Positions 24,401 through 37,049 of a stretch of DNA of 58,092 nucleotides are shown here, in pieces. This DNA is from Aplysia californica. Lineage: Eukaryota. The stretch covers positions 103,712 to 161,803 of the forward strand of contig NW_004798057.1 in assembly GCF_000002075.1 (NCBI RefSeq), written 5' to 3'. The position numbers and the translations under genes were made by a program. Under the pieces are notes generated by a model that worked only from the letters and a program-made list of their open reading frames with translations, did not search any database and had not been told where the DNA came from. Positions within the stretch are counted from its first letter, which is position 1. Every line of letters starts with the position of its first letter.

Positions 24401-27400
24401 CATCCATATTTTCCCGACCTTTACAATCAGTAACTTTTTTATTTATGAACCGCTTATTAAAATTCTAGAAGCATAATTCTTAGAATTTAAAATTCTTTCT
24501 TAGGTACCTAATAAGAAAGGGCTAAAGCGAAAAATTAAATTTTCTTTGGCATTGCTAAGAGATGAAATCTATTGATGAGACCTAAGTTCTCTCAGCCAGC
24601 GTTCCCGGTAGGATCACTCGGGTCAGAGGATGCCGAGCAGACAATACTGCAAACATGTTTTCACCATGAATACAGTGGGGGAAGGGGAGTGTTAATCGAT
24701 AATGAAAATAAAGCTGTGTTTCATTTATAGCATGCAGAAACTTTCTAGAAATAAGTATGGAGACACGAATAACATCCTCTCATAAGTTAAGTTATTACGA
24801 GTGGCTATGCCTGTTCATTTAACCTTTTAGATGCTGTTGTTGTGAAGAACAATCTGGGGTTCGTAAGGAAAAAAATGTTGGTCTATTTCCTAATCTTTTG
24901 CTCAAAAGTTTTTCTTTTTACCAGCATAGTAGTTTTCAGACCCGTCAAATAGATTTTTTTATCAGGGAATATCGTTTTTTGTAAAATCATGATATTTTGA
25001 AAGATTTAAAAAAAAATGGAAGTCTTGTTTCCTGGTTATCCTCTCGAGTTCCTCATGTCTAAATGGGTCGGTTTGTTCCAATTTTTTAACGAAGATCTGA
25101 AATTACCAGCATAATACATTTTGAATGAGATGGATGTACGTGTCTGTTGAACCAACGCAGAAGGTTCTAGTAGTCCACAAACTCAAGCAGACTAGCACAC
25201 ACACTTTGGCTGTGTATATAGGGGACCTAGGGATGCTCAACCTGCTTGACTAACTTCATTTCTGTGTCACAACTACTATCAGAAACACAGGGGTACTGTA
25301 ATAATTGCACACATGCACACGAAGTTGGCAGTTGCAGACCTGCCACTCATCCCGATTTAGTCGGGATATCCCGATTTTTTGCCCCAAATCTCAAGCAATT
25401 TTCCCGATTTCGATGGTGTGTATCCCGATTTTTGTCCCAGTCTGCTGTTGCGTAGGATTTTTATTAAAACGTACTCTGCCTTCTCCTTTATCGCGGGAAG
25501 CACCCGTTGAACTTTTTGTCAGTAGGAACTCGAAGCACTATTTCCCGAAATATCGATGCCGCATTTAGTAGTTGACTCGCCCCAAGTTGTGTGTGATCTT
25601 TGCCCGCACTCAGAATTCTCCGATGATAGCCTGGTAACTGTTACAATTTGGGACATACAAATAATCGATAATATTTGTAGTTCCGCTGCTACTTTCAAAA
25701 CAAGCCTTGTCCGAGGTCTGGTAACTGCGTGTTCACACCAAACACTCGGACGAGCGACTGTCTTTCTAACCCTTACAGAACTACATGTAACTGTGCTGAC
25801 AAGACCAACATTCGGCCGATGTCGTTACTTTAGTCTGAACGCATTATGAGGGATAAGAGATTTGTTGGTACAATTGGTTGGTCGGCCGCTGTTGTTATCC
25901 AAGAGTACTAGACTAGAAGCGGAACGACTGTCGCTCATCTGATAGTTTTGTGTGAACGCGCAGTTAGTCGGAACCGTTAATAAAATTGTTTCAATCGCGC
26001 ATTCGCTTCATGTGACATGTCATCGCCATGTGAGTTCTGCGTGTCGGGGACCGTCCGTTGTCGGGGTCAACTTAAGTTCATGTATTTCGGGACTTATTGG
26101 TGGGGGGGGTATAGACACTTGGACTAGGAGTGCTTGACGTGATGCTTCAGGATTTACAAAAAATAATAACTCGCATGCGCGCGCACACACACACACACAC
26201 AAACACACACACAAACACGCGCGCTCGCGCGCGTGCGCACGCAAACAAACAAAGACACTCAGGGGGCATATAGGCCAAGTATTTTATGGACATCCGTGGA
26301 AAAATATTAAGTCAGCTTTAGCAGTCACCTTGGTGATTTGCTGTTGATCCCGATTTTTTTCACCAAATCCTGATTTTTTCTCCCTGAGATTCTGATTTTG
26401 AGGTTTCATAGAGTGGCAGGTCTGCAGTTGGCAGTTGGCATGTGTTCTGTGGAGTTATTTGCTCCTTTTTTCCTATCATCCCTGTCTCCCCTTCTTGTTC
26501 CTGTGTTTGTTTCTCTCTTGTAACACCTGAGCCTGAGCCGTTTTTCACTCAACTACCATTACAGCCTGACAGTTTTGGGGTATATTGAATCGTCTGCAAA
26601 AGCTAAGAAAATTTTTTTAAAATGCCACGAAAGAAAGAAAGGAATGCTCTCGTAGAAAAAGAGAACTACATCGAATGTGCCTTAATAGTTTTTATTTTAT
26701 CAATGAATTCAATTTTTTGAAATGGCACGTATTTATTTGCGCCCGTGTTGTAATCTATCGTAATGCGGGGTTGGCTAAGTGTGTTACAGCTAAAAGAGTA
26801 TATTGCACATAATTATAACGTCTCCAAATTTTTCACGATTTGAAACAAGTAGGTCAACTGATGGCTCGTAGTGTCCCGTTGCTTGTAACGGAAAAACACT
26901 GGAGATGTCGATTGATAAAGTGTGTCCCGTAAATACAAGTGGTTGGGCCACAGAGTGGTTAACCTTGATGACCAATCACATGGGCATGAGCCATGCCATT
27001 TTCACTTATCCAATAGTGAATCTCAAGATCTATGTTGATTTCATTGCAGTCCCAAAATTTATAGCTTTCCACTTCTGACCAGAGTTCTCTGCTCATCTTT
27101 TGATACATCACTGTGATGTGACTGGGCCAATTAAAATCCTGTCTGTCCTTCAAATTTGGGGTATATATGGAGATGAAACACAAGTAGACAAGTATCATTT
27201 ATGGCGCAGTGTTCATGGAAGCAAGAGCACCAAGTTCACACTTTGATGTGATGCTGTCTGATGCAGCATTGTCACTCATTGTGTAGGCTCTGCCCGCCCA
27301 GCATGTGATGTGTTTAGGTGGGGGGCTCAAATGCAAGTGGGATGTTTGGGAAAAACACGCGTTGATGAGTTCACACCTTGCCATGATCCTGTGTGGGGCA

Positions 27401-29480
27401 ATCATTTGACATTTATACCACTCATAGAGACTTGCTTCGGTAATTTGATCAACATGGCTTCTTTTCTTCTTCAATTTCAAGGAGGGCAAGAAAAACTTGG
27501 TCCTCTTCGCTGTTTCAATATTTCCTAGATGATTGTCAACATTAAAGTGTTGGGAATGCAAAAGTTGTGGCAATTTTCACTTCTGAATGTTTTTTTTTTT
27601 AGTGTTTGCCTTATCTACCTCTTATAGCCATTATAATAAGAACTGCAAGGTTAGATACAAACTTTTCTAGTGTTAGTGCTGATCCAAGTTATGCCTAGTA
27701 GAGGGTTTGTGTAGTAAAGGCTAGTGGAAGGTTAGTGACAGTGGACATGACATTCTAGATCCGGGCTTTGTAGTTTCACTTTTAGAAACAATTTTTAAAA
27801 AGTGATTTTTGACTCATTTGCAAAAGAAAAAAAATGATAGTTTATCTAAAAAAATTTCTTTACATTGTGCTGTATATGTTTTATTGCCTTTTTGTATGGA
27901 AAGCTTAATTGTTGCGTAATGGTGAATGTCATATTGAGTTTTTAAATTGGTGCCTGAAACGACTGGCATTCTTTGGATGTTTAGCTGTGTTCTTTGCTAG
28001 AGAAACTTAAGTAAACCTAAAACACCTTTGATGTCATGAAATACATCGTGTACTGTGCTCATGTGTATGTGAACTAGCCTTGCAGATATAGGCAATGACT
28101 TATATTGAAGATCGTGCAACAGACAAACATTTGTCACCCTTGCGTCACTTTAAACAATCTGGAGGCTTATTGTGTGGTAAATGGAGGCAAATAGTACACA
28201 GGCGATACCTCTGGTCTGTTTTCAATACATACCGTCTCTTTATGTTTCTCTAACTTGGAAGTGAGTAAGATTTGATACTTCTGATAGTGGGACTTAATTA
28301 TTTATTATATGTTTTTGTTCTGTCTTCCAACAGGAGTTGTTGTCAAAACACTTGATCCAGAAGGCCCAGGATGACAGTTCCCACTCTGATAGCCATGTGT
28401 TCTACCTCAAAATGCAGGGAGACTACTACCGCTACCTGTCTGAGGTGTCAATTGGAGAAGATAGGAAAGGTACAATATTTTAATCTTTTCCTCTTGCTTG
28501 TCAGACTATGTTTTTGCTCTTTTCAGACTAGGTCTCTTGTATTCTGGCTTGAAACATGTTCACAATGCAACAGTACTTGTGTGAGTGAATGAAGTCTTTT
28601 GCTTCTTGGACAGAGTGAGAAAAAATATAGATGTAGTCCTAGAGTGTATCTAGTATGAGCATATTTAGTGAGTGAATAAATAATAATATATTTAATGGGG
28701 GTGTACACATGTTAGATATATGTGATCTGCAGGTATGTATTTGAAAAAACTAACGATTGTAAGACAAAACTAAATTTTAAGATTGTATGGAGTCATTGCT
28801 GTGTTATTGCCTGTATTTGTTGTTGGATGATATAGTCTGTGTTTCAGTTGATAAAAAGAGAACAGATTTTGACTGATGTTAATTCTTGTTCTAGTTTGGT
28901 AGCAAGAAGAAAATGATCATGTCATGTATTTGTGACACATACATGCATATTTCTACTTTCAGCCAATGTAACCAAATCAAATGAGGCCTACAGAAAAGCC
29001 ACAGAGATTGCGAAAGAGAAGATGCAACCAACACATCCTATTCGACTAGGGTTGGCCCTCAACTTCTCTGTGTTTTACTATGAAATCATGAATGAGCCAG
29101 ATGAGGCTTGCAAGTTGGCAAAATTAGTAAGTGTCCATTCTCGAAAATATTGTTGTGATTTCGTCGTCGTTTGTTGTAAGATTTTATAAGGGTTTGTTTT
29201 AGGACAGAATGTCTTTCCCCTGTTTCTGTATTGATTAGGCATGAAAAGACAGGTGATAAGTGCGACTTGGTCAGAATAGATATAAATCAGGACACTATAA
29301 GGATAGATTGAATATTTGATGGGTACCGAAACTAGACATGAGGTCATAAGAAAGAGTGCAGTGTTTCTGAAACTATGGCAGTTTTGGACTTGTCTAAAAT
29401 GTAATTATAATCAACCTTGTAATGAAAAGTGGGCATTCTCATACAGTGAAAAGATATGACTTCGATTAAAGAGGACATTC

Positions 29481-29511
<31 letters not shown>

Positions 29512-32392
29512 ACCCCGCGTGGCATCTTGCCTAGAGATCTGTTTCAATCAAATCTAGAATTCTGTTCCAAATTTTATTCTTGGTCAGATACTTCAAGTGT
29601 ATGTTACCTGGCTCATAAATTCCAGAAGATGCTTTGAGGTGGACTGTACCACTGTGAATGAACTTTGGTGAGCCCAGTAATCAGTGGTCCCTGATACGTG
29701 CGATCCTCATATGAGGTCATGTCATGAGATGACAGTGAGATTGAAGCAATTTCACTGTCTGGTCTTGACTATGGACCCAACTAACCAGAACTTGTTATTG
29801 CAAGAAGTATGTTCTCGAAGTGACAGCGGGCTACAAAAGTTGAAAGTCTGCAAATTATAACTGTTAGTTATCAGGCGGTTATCTGAGATTTCTGGGTGGT
29901 AACAAAGACGAAAGGAGATGAATATGAAATTCTCTGTTGAAATGGGATGAGCCAAGAGAATACTAAGAACAAAACTTGCAAAAAGTGAATTTATTGGTCT
30001 TAGATTTCGTTTTTTAGTATTTAGAGAAAATTGTTTTCCGGGTCTTTCCTGTGAAAATTTTGCGACTAATAAATACGCAGGGGATTCCTGGGTTTCTGCG
30101 ATTTTTTTTTTCAAATTCTTTAGGCGTTTTCGAGTATCGATGATTGTTATTTAAAATATGCCTGCATTCCCAGGGTCCCGTGGATTTCCCAGGATTCAAG
30201 GGGCTCTAGTCAACTTGTAATACCATTGTTTAGGATAGTTATATTTCTGGGGAGGCTGTCGCCAAACGCCAAATGGATTTTATGGCCGTAAATGGGTATT
30301 GCTGATATGTGGCCTGTGGATGAAAAGTTACTTAACAAGATTGTTTGCCTTACCACATTGTACAATTTGAAATAAGGCTATTTTTAAAATTTATTGTTGA
30401 CTTGCCATCATAGATATTAGAATACAAAGGAACTCGCCTTGTCTGTGTCTTGAACATCAATGTGCTTAGTTTTGATCTATGAAATCTCCTTTTTCACTGA
30501 GCTCCTTATAGTGCAAGTTTCCTTTTGCCGTGGAGCATACCCCTAGTAACATCCCCACCCCTCCCCCAGTTTTCTATATTTTCCACATACTGTCAGTCAG
30601 ATTTTCGGAGGGCCAATTATTTATTCTGTTCAATGTTTTATTGTGAGCAGATGTTGGGATTTGGGGTGCTATTTTTTTTGGAAACGTTGAATTCTAAATT
30701 TGAAAAAAGCATGATGATCATTCTGTGCTTCTTCGGTTTCAGAAAAGTTTAAAAAGCTCAGAGGTAATAAAACTATAACATTCATTCTGGGGACAAAGTA
30801 TTTTTATGTGCGTAGAAAATGTAGTAGTCTTGTGCTCTTAAAATACTTTTTGTGGAAAAAGGTTGACTTGTATGTTGTTTTCTATTTCAGGCTTTCGATG
30901 ATGCCATTGCCCAGTTAGATCAGTTGAACGAAGAATCCTACAAAGACAGCACATTGATAATGCAGCTGTTGCGAGATAATCTCACGGTAAGAACCGTTGT
31001 GTTGTGTTGATAGAGTTGAAGTGATAGCAAAGGTGTAGTGGTCCATGACATTCCTCACAGGATAATGGATGGTTTTGTCTTAAATCTTTTACATTTTTTC
31101 CCTTAAAGTCTCTGTTTACTATTGCTGAAAATAGGATGACGGGGAGAAATTTGTAGATGGATGATCCAGTTGCTTCTCTTTTGGCCCTGCTGGTAACCCC
31201 TTTTGTCTTTAAATATACTGTTCGAATAAATATGATTATTTTGTAACGAGATGCTGTTTTGTTTTCTACTGTGGTCCTCTTGGATGATCTACTGTTGCAG
31301 GATCTTGGTCCCACTGTTGGTTGCCTGTCAGGGGCAGTATTTTGGTTGCAAATGTAATTGTATTTATTCGAACTGTAAATTTAAAGTAATAAGTTTAGGA
31401 TTGGAATTTGGAAATGGCCTCTTCAAGTTTTTCAATGGCTAATACAGTATCTTCAATGTGGGTTGCATGCACTTAAAATGTTGACGGGTTTAGTGCCTTT
31501 CTAAGACTGTCCCTCCTTCGCTGAAATTAGAACACTGCCTATCCACATTAGGACATCCTTTTTCTCTAGGGTAAGCTCCAGGGGTATGAAATACTTACCT
31601 GGACTCCCCTAAAAATTGAGCAGGGCTGCCCACCATTCCAAATTTGGCGGAATCTTTATGATTTTTATTCAGTTTTACGAAAATACGACCGTAATGCCCC
31701 TGGGCCCTGAATCTGATTTTTTGAAAAATGTTGACTACTCCAGTAACCCACTGCTAATCTTCCTGGTGTTATGTGAGGAGAAAATTTTAGAGATAGAAAA
31801 ACTACCAGGCCTGGACAGTCTACTTTACTACATCTCGTGCAGTTGTCTTTAACAGTACATTGTGTTAACACCCTCTTTGCACTTAACTTTGCCCTTACAA
31901 CAGCATGGGACTGTAGAATTGCCAAAACCAGGAGTAAGGCAAACATAAGATTGACAAAGTGTTAGAAGATTCCTGCCTTTTTGTATCATCACGCCTTTGT
32001 ATACGTCACATGTATACTAAACTGGACTACAAACCTCTGTCCTTGACCCCCCATTGAAGATTTTTCCATGGCAACATGTATGTTTACTAATTTTCTATCT
32101 GTTGATTTCTAAAACACGTGTTGGTGAGTGGGCAGACTTGATTGATCCTGATGCTTCAACAATTGAAGGAAACTAGTCTTAAGATATCAATTTAATTTTT
32201 AAAAAAAAGAAAATTAAGTTAGATACAAATTTCCAAAAGCAGTGTGTTTTCATTTTACTTTTTATATAGTGTTTGAGAAAATGGTTTTTGTGAGACCTCT
32301 GATTCAGTTGTGTTTTCTTTTTTTCTTTTATTTTTCAGCTCTGGACATCTGATGCGCAGGCAGAAGTGGACCAAGAGGCCGAAAACCAGTGA
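21163..32392 (+). CDS. 14-3-3 protein (zeta/theta-type, non-epsilon), 5 coding exons, 259 aa
   Basis: Exons 21163-21492, 28334-28469, 28963-29126, 30891-30986, 32339-32392, all GT-AG, 780 nt. Signature motifs [73 protein letters not shown]. Confidence 0.97.
22203..24557. mobile_element. Non-autonomous TIR element with a 7-bp TSD (contains the piggyBac MITE)
   Basis: TIR TAGCAAGGCCA / TGGCATTGCTA; AGAGATG duplicated at 22196-22202 and 24558-24564; internal ~35-bp direct and inverted repeats at 23670-24180. Confidence 0.7.
22812..23526. mobile_element. piggyBac-type MITE
   Basis: TTAA-CACATTACACCCTAA ... TTAGGGTGTAATGTG-TTAA (15-bp perfect TIR). Confidence 0.85.
25335..26424. mobile_element. 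hAT-like non-autonomous element
   Basis: 14-bp TIR CAGACCTGCCACTC; CAGTTG direct repeat on both flanks; subterminal TCCCGATTT repeats. Confidence 0.78.
28334..28469 (+). CDS. 14-3-3 coding exon 2
   Basis: [45 protein letters not shown]. Confidence 0.93.
28963..29126 (+). CDS. 14-3-3 coding exon 3
   Basis: [55 protein letters not shown]. Confidence 0.95.
30891..30986 (+). CDS. 14-3-3 coding exon 4
   Basis: [32 protein letters not shown]. Confidence 0.95.
32339..32392 (+). CDS. 14-3-3 terminal coding exon
   Basis: Strong polypyrimidine tract plus CAG; [17 protein letters not shown]. Confidence 0.93.
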   Translation, partial: LWTSDAQAEVDQEAENQ

Positions 32393-35300
32393 TTTGTAGG
32401 GCCTCAACTAATTCTACACTTTTCTTCTAATTATGATAACAATTTATAAAGAGTAAAAAAAAATGTGGAAAAAAAAAAATGACAAGAGAAGCAAAAACAC
32501 AATGGTTCAATCATTTCTGAATGTGAAACAAACCTTCCTTCCATCATCCTCTGGTCCTAAGTTCCCAGTCCCCAGTCACCCCAGCCTATTTCTTGGGTTC
32601 AATAGTCTAGCCATTTTCTCATTGCCAGCATGCAACACTACATACATACATACATACAAACTCCATGTAAGCACATGATGCGTGTGTTGTTCAGTTTAGT
32701 TTGCTACATTGTTGAATGAAGCGTTGGGTAGTTTCAAGTTCCTCTCTCCCCACCCCCTCCCCGTCCTCCCCACACACACACCTCCAGCCAGTTGCTTTTG
32801 TTTGATCTATGCCCCCCCCCCCCATCCCCTCCCAAGTGACAAGTATTACATACAGGCCCAGAGTATGTTTAAAGGCTTTGATAGACTGAGAGAGCGAAAG
32901 AGTGAGAGAGACAGGAGTAGACTTCCTTGAAGGGCTCAGATTCTTTCTGGTGAATGCTAGTCTGTTTTTTTTTTTTTGGTTTGTTTTTTGTTTGTTGTGT
33001 TCTTGACAGATGATAACATGCTCAGCTGGTTCCCTGTATGTTGTCAGTGCACTTAGAACAGCAAATCAGTTGCATTTATTTATTATGTTTGATATAATTT
33101 GTATTAAACTAAGGGTCAGAAATAAGTCTTGTCGCCAAATTTATCTCAAGAGTTATTTATTTGTCAGTATTTGTATGTATGTGCATTTTCATAGTGGTTT
33201 TATCTTGTATTATTCCATGTTGGCCGTTAGGGTTTCTTTATGTGGAAGTACAACATTGACTGGTAGATCTTGTCCTGCTTTGGAAAACTGAATGGTAAAC
33301 TTGAGGCCCTGAAGAGTGGTCCAGTGAGGTGACTCGTGTTTCTGTCCCTTGGTTTGACGTGAGAGGAGGGCAGCTTTTGCATGCGTCTGTCCGTGGGCTT
33401 GTTAGACCTTGTCTTGTGTCTGGGAATGGAGCCAACTCCCTGTGCGTGAGCTAGTGATGAGGTACGTGGCAGTTGACGGGCAGAAAGTCTCCTGTCTCTG
33501 GCGTAATGGTATTGAGGGGAGCGGAGGGTGGGGGGAAAGGTTGGATCTCTTCTTCCTCGCGAAAAAATTGCTGTGGGCGCGCAAGTTCCAGCTGAAACAT
33601 CCGGCGGGAAAGACGCGGAGCCAGCTGAAATGGGGGGCTTGACTCGCCACTGGTGTACGGGGCAGTGTCTCCCAAGAGCTCTGGTGTGGGAGAGTGTGGC
33701 AACAATATGATCGTTTGATCCTACTCCTCCTCCCGCAGTGTGTGTCTGTCTGTGTAGCCATGTTTGTTGCAGTAGTAAACAGTAGAATTGACCTGAAAGT
33801 GCTGACTCTGTCACCCCCCCTTCTCCCCCCTGCTTCACCCGTCATGTGTTACCATCCTCATCACTAAGCCTTCATCTCATTACTATTATATTATTACCAT
33901 ATTTTCTATTCTATTCATGTGTATCATGTTGAAGTTTTACACACTAATAGCTGTCAGTGTATGGGAAAAAAATAACACTTTTTGTTTCTGTGATCACATG
34001 TGAGAGATTGCCTGAGTGGTAGGTTTTCCTTGTGGAAGGTTCTGCTCTTTTTGCCCGTGTATTATTTGGTTGCTATTTGTTCCTTTCAATAAACTGCACC
34101 CAGTGACTTATTTAGCGTGAATTATGTGAAGCTTGACAGAGTTTTGACTAGTTAACAGATTAGTAGTCTTGACTGATTTGTTTACTTTGTAAACCTTTTA
34201 GTTTTTTTTTTTCCTCCTCAATTTTTGATTGTTCACTGTCTAAATATTATTTGTTGTGCATTAAGTGTTTTTTCCATACTTTTATTTTTGTATTCCCCAT
34301 CCAGCCCCGATTTTTTAAATGCCATTCGTTCAGTGTTTTGGGCATTTTCTGTTTTCACTGGCGAGACTTTTACCATTTTCTTTCTCATCCTTCTTGCTCT
34401 ACAAATTTGACACGAAGATTTGGAACCTGTGAATTTTCTGTTTTATTTTTACCAGCTGTGTACACTGTAGTGTAGAGTGGTGATAGCTCTATGGGAACTG
34501 TTCCCTGACCACCAGTGGAACGTTCTGTGTGCTGATGGAAAGCATAATAATTGAATAATTTTTCTGAACCTCCTCTGGTCTCTGTTGGTGTGGGCCGCTT
34601 GGAAGACCACCTGACCTTGCTGTGGGCCACGGTCATATTATTGTTTTTTGACGATAATAGAAAGATTATTTTTGGTGACGGCCGCTAATCAATCTTTGGG
34701 CTGAGATGTACACAACGTCCTTATTCTGGTTCAGCTGGTCTCTAGAAGAGCTTGCCCAGAACGGTAAACGTTTACTTCATAGTACAGTAAGGAAAAGTCC
34801 TCTGTCAGTGGTGATATCAACCAGTGGAAACGTGGTTGCAGTGATTGTCTAGTTTCAGTTCTGTTGTTCACACCCGTGTTTCTCTGCCATGATTGGCCCT
34901 CTGTTGTTCTGTACCGCTCTAGACAGACAGCCCGTGGCAATAAGTTGCTGTTTCTTTTCAATTCACCATCTCTCCCTCCCACCCCCCNNNNNNNNNNNNN
35001 NNNNNNNNNNNNNNNNNNNNNNNNNNNNNNNNNNNNNNNNNNNNNNNNNNNNNNNNNNNNNNNNNNNNNNNNNNNNNNNNNNNNNNNCCCTCCTCCCAGT
35101 CAGTTTCTTTTGTGCTCGGCGAGCATAGCTTTTGGTAGTTGTAGTTGGGTGATAGACTTGACACTGCTTTCTCTTTGATGCTTCTAGGGCAGGTATTTTT
35201 ATGTCGAGTGTGTGGAGCTGCGTTTCGAAGAAGAACTGGGAGAATACAGCCACAGCTGGCCGTTGTTTGTTTCCCTGCAGCCAACCGTTGGGTTATAACA

Positions 35301-35640
35301 GAAAGACCTGGTGGAAATGGCTGTGCTGGTCCCAGGCCCAGTGCTCTCTATTGCTCCTCAGCATTCACTCCAGTGGTTCTGATATTATCTCTGCCTGACC
35401 CTGGAGCTGGGAGGTGTGCGGAGACAGCAGTGCCCGGCTCGTGTCTCCCCCCACCATCCTGTCTGCCTGTCATTTCTTCTCTCAGGCTTTTGGTCCAGAT
35501 TGTTTTACATGCCGTGGAAGCAGACAACTTTCAACATAGCTGTTCTCTTTTTTCAGTGTTGCTCATTGTGTGTATTTTTTCTGTACTGTATCTTTATATC
35601 ATTAAAACCTTTAAATGACAAAATCTTTGTCAGTGAAGTT
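32393..35640 (+). other. Probable long 3' UTR of 14-3-3 with tandem poly(A) signals
   Basis: U/GU-rich stretch with no recognisable transposon; AATAAA 34088-34093 and ATTAAA 35601-35606. Confidence 0.45.
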
Positions 35641-36385
35641 GGAATTCTCACCTGATGGAAAGATCATGAGCTTCTAGAACTTTGGATTTAGGCCACCTGG
35701 ACAAGCAAAAACAATAAAAAATTGCGTATGTGTATGACTTTTTCTTTCTGTTCTTTGGGATGGGGACATGCTATGCTGAGTCTATGGTAACCCTGTGGCC
35801 ATAGCTTGCTAGTGTAACTGTAACGCACGAGGTTGTGTCTGTGGTATAGTTGACAGTGCTGGGTGTGGGTGGTTTTTCCTCACGGCTGGACTACAGATGT
35901 ATGTCCGTCTCAGGAGTGAGTGAACTTGGAAGGATGTAATAGAGATAGACTCAAGGTCTAGTCCTCTGTAGGCCTGCTTACTGCCTGATCAACACATCGT
36001 AGGGTCTTCTTTGGTTTCCTCATTAAATTTGAGGTAAAAAAGAGTGTCCTTCACAACGATGTGGACACTTTTGTGGAAATCTATACAACTCTAGCCTGAA
36101 GATGTTTGGACGGGGTTTCTTGTTGTGGGTCCTCCTATCGTACTTTGCTCTCCCTTCGTTGTTTCTGTCCATAAGTTTTGCTTTTTACCTAACACTGTCA
36201 ATGTTATTGTGTTGATGTGCTTGTTTGTACTTGGGTCTGAACTACTACCAGTGGTAGGTGGTTGGAGGGTTCTCTGGTGTGGTTTGCTCCTTCTTTCCTA
36301 TGAAACATCTATCGCCCTGACCTTTCCTACTTCTTTTCTGTGTTCGTTACTCTCTGGTAACACTTCTAATCTTCGGCACTTATAT

Positions 36386-36857
36386 GTGAGGCATCGTGGT
36401 GAAATCGGGCGCTCGTCAAAATAATGAAAGTGAAAGTGAAAAAACCCAGCATTTTTCCGCCAGTTGGTAATTATTTTCGAATTTATTTTCTTTTTTCGAC
36501 ACCTTTTAATAATTTTATATCTATTATTCATAACACATTTTTGTTTGGATTTTACTGAAAAACGTTAAATAAAGAACTCCCCTCCAAAAATGTAAATTTT
36601 CATTTCCCGAGGACTCTCAAGCTATGGAAGTTACCAAACTTTGGCGCCATTTTCTCGATAATTTTACCTCTGAAAATAGGTGACCCTTTCTTCGCTTCAA
36701 TCTCATATTCAGATATCTCAACTTCTATTCAAGATAGTTGAGAATTTTTTCGCTAAATGGAAAAAAAACACACTCTAACTTTATGTTAAGATGATATAAT
36801 AAATAACTCTCAAGGCCCAAAAATTATCGACCGCCTGATTCCACCACGCTGCCTCAC
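36386..36857 (+). mobile_element. ~460-bp MITE (TA or ATAT TSD), copy 1, inserted into a short retroelement
   Basis: TIR GTGAGGCATCGTGGTGAAATCGGGCG / CGCCTGATTCCACCACGCTGCCTCAC. Confidence 0.8.
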
Positions 36858-37049
36858 ATATGACCTTATTGTGTTGCAAGTGCTGTAAAACTAATAAAAA
36901 ATTTTTTTTTTTGAGAACTACCGGTACTAGCCTACTGTTAGTAAATTAAAAGTACATCATGTGTACGTACAGAACAGATAGGGTACTTGAAATATTTTAA
37001 AATAATTTTTCAATACTGGATTTATTTATTAGTAATTGGCCATCCTGTC

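Noticed and set aside
33227-33845. 203-aa and 147-aa antisense ORFs; GTGATGA box near 33454
   Set aside because: No recognisable domain or splice context. They lie in the probable 14-3-3 3' UTR, and I could not build a convincing snoRNA or hammerhead structure.
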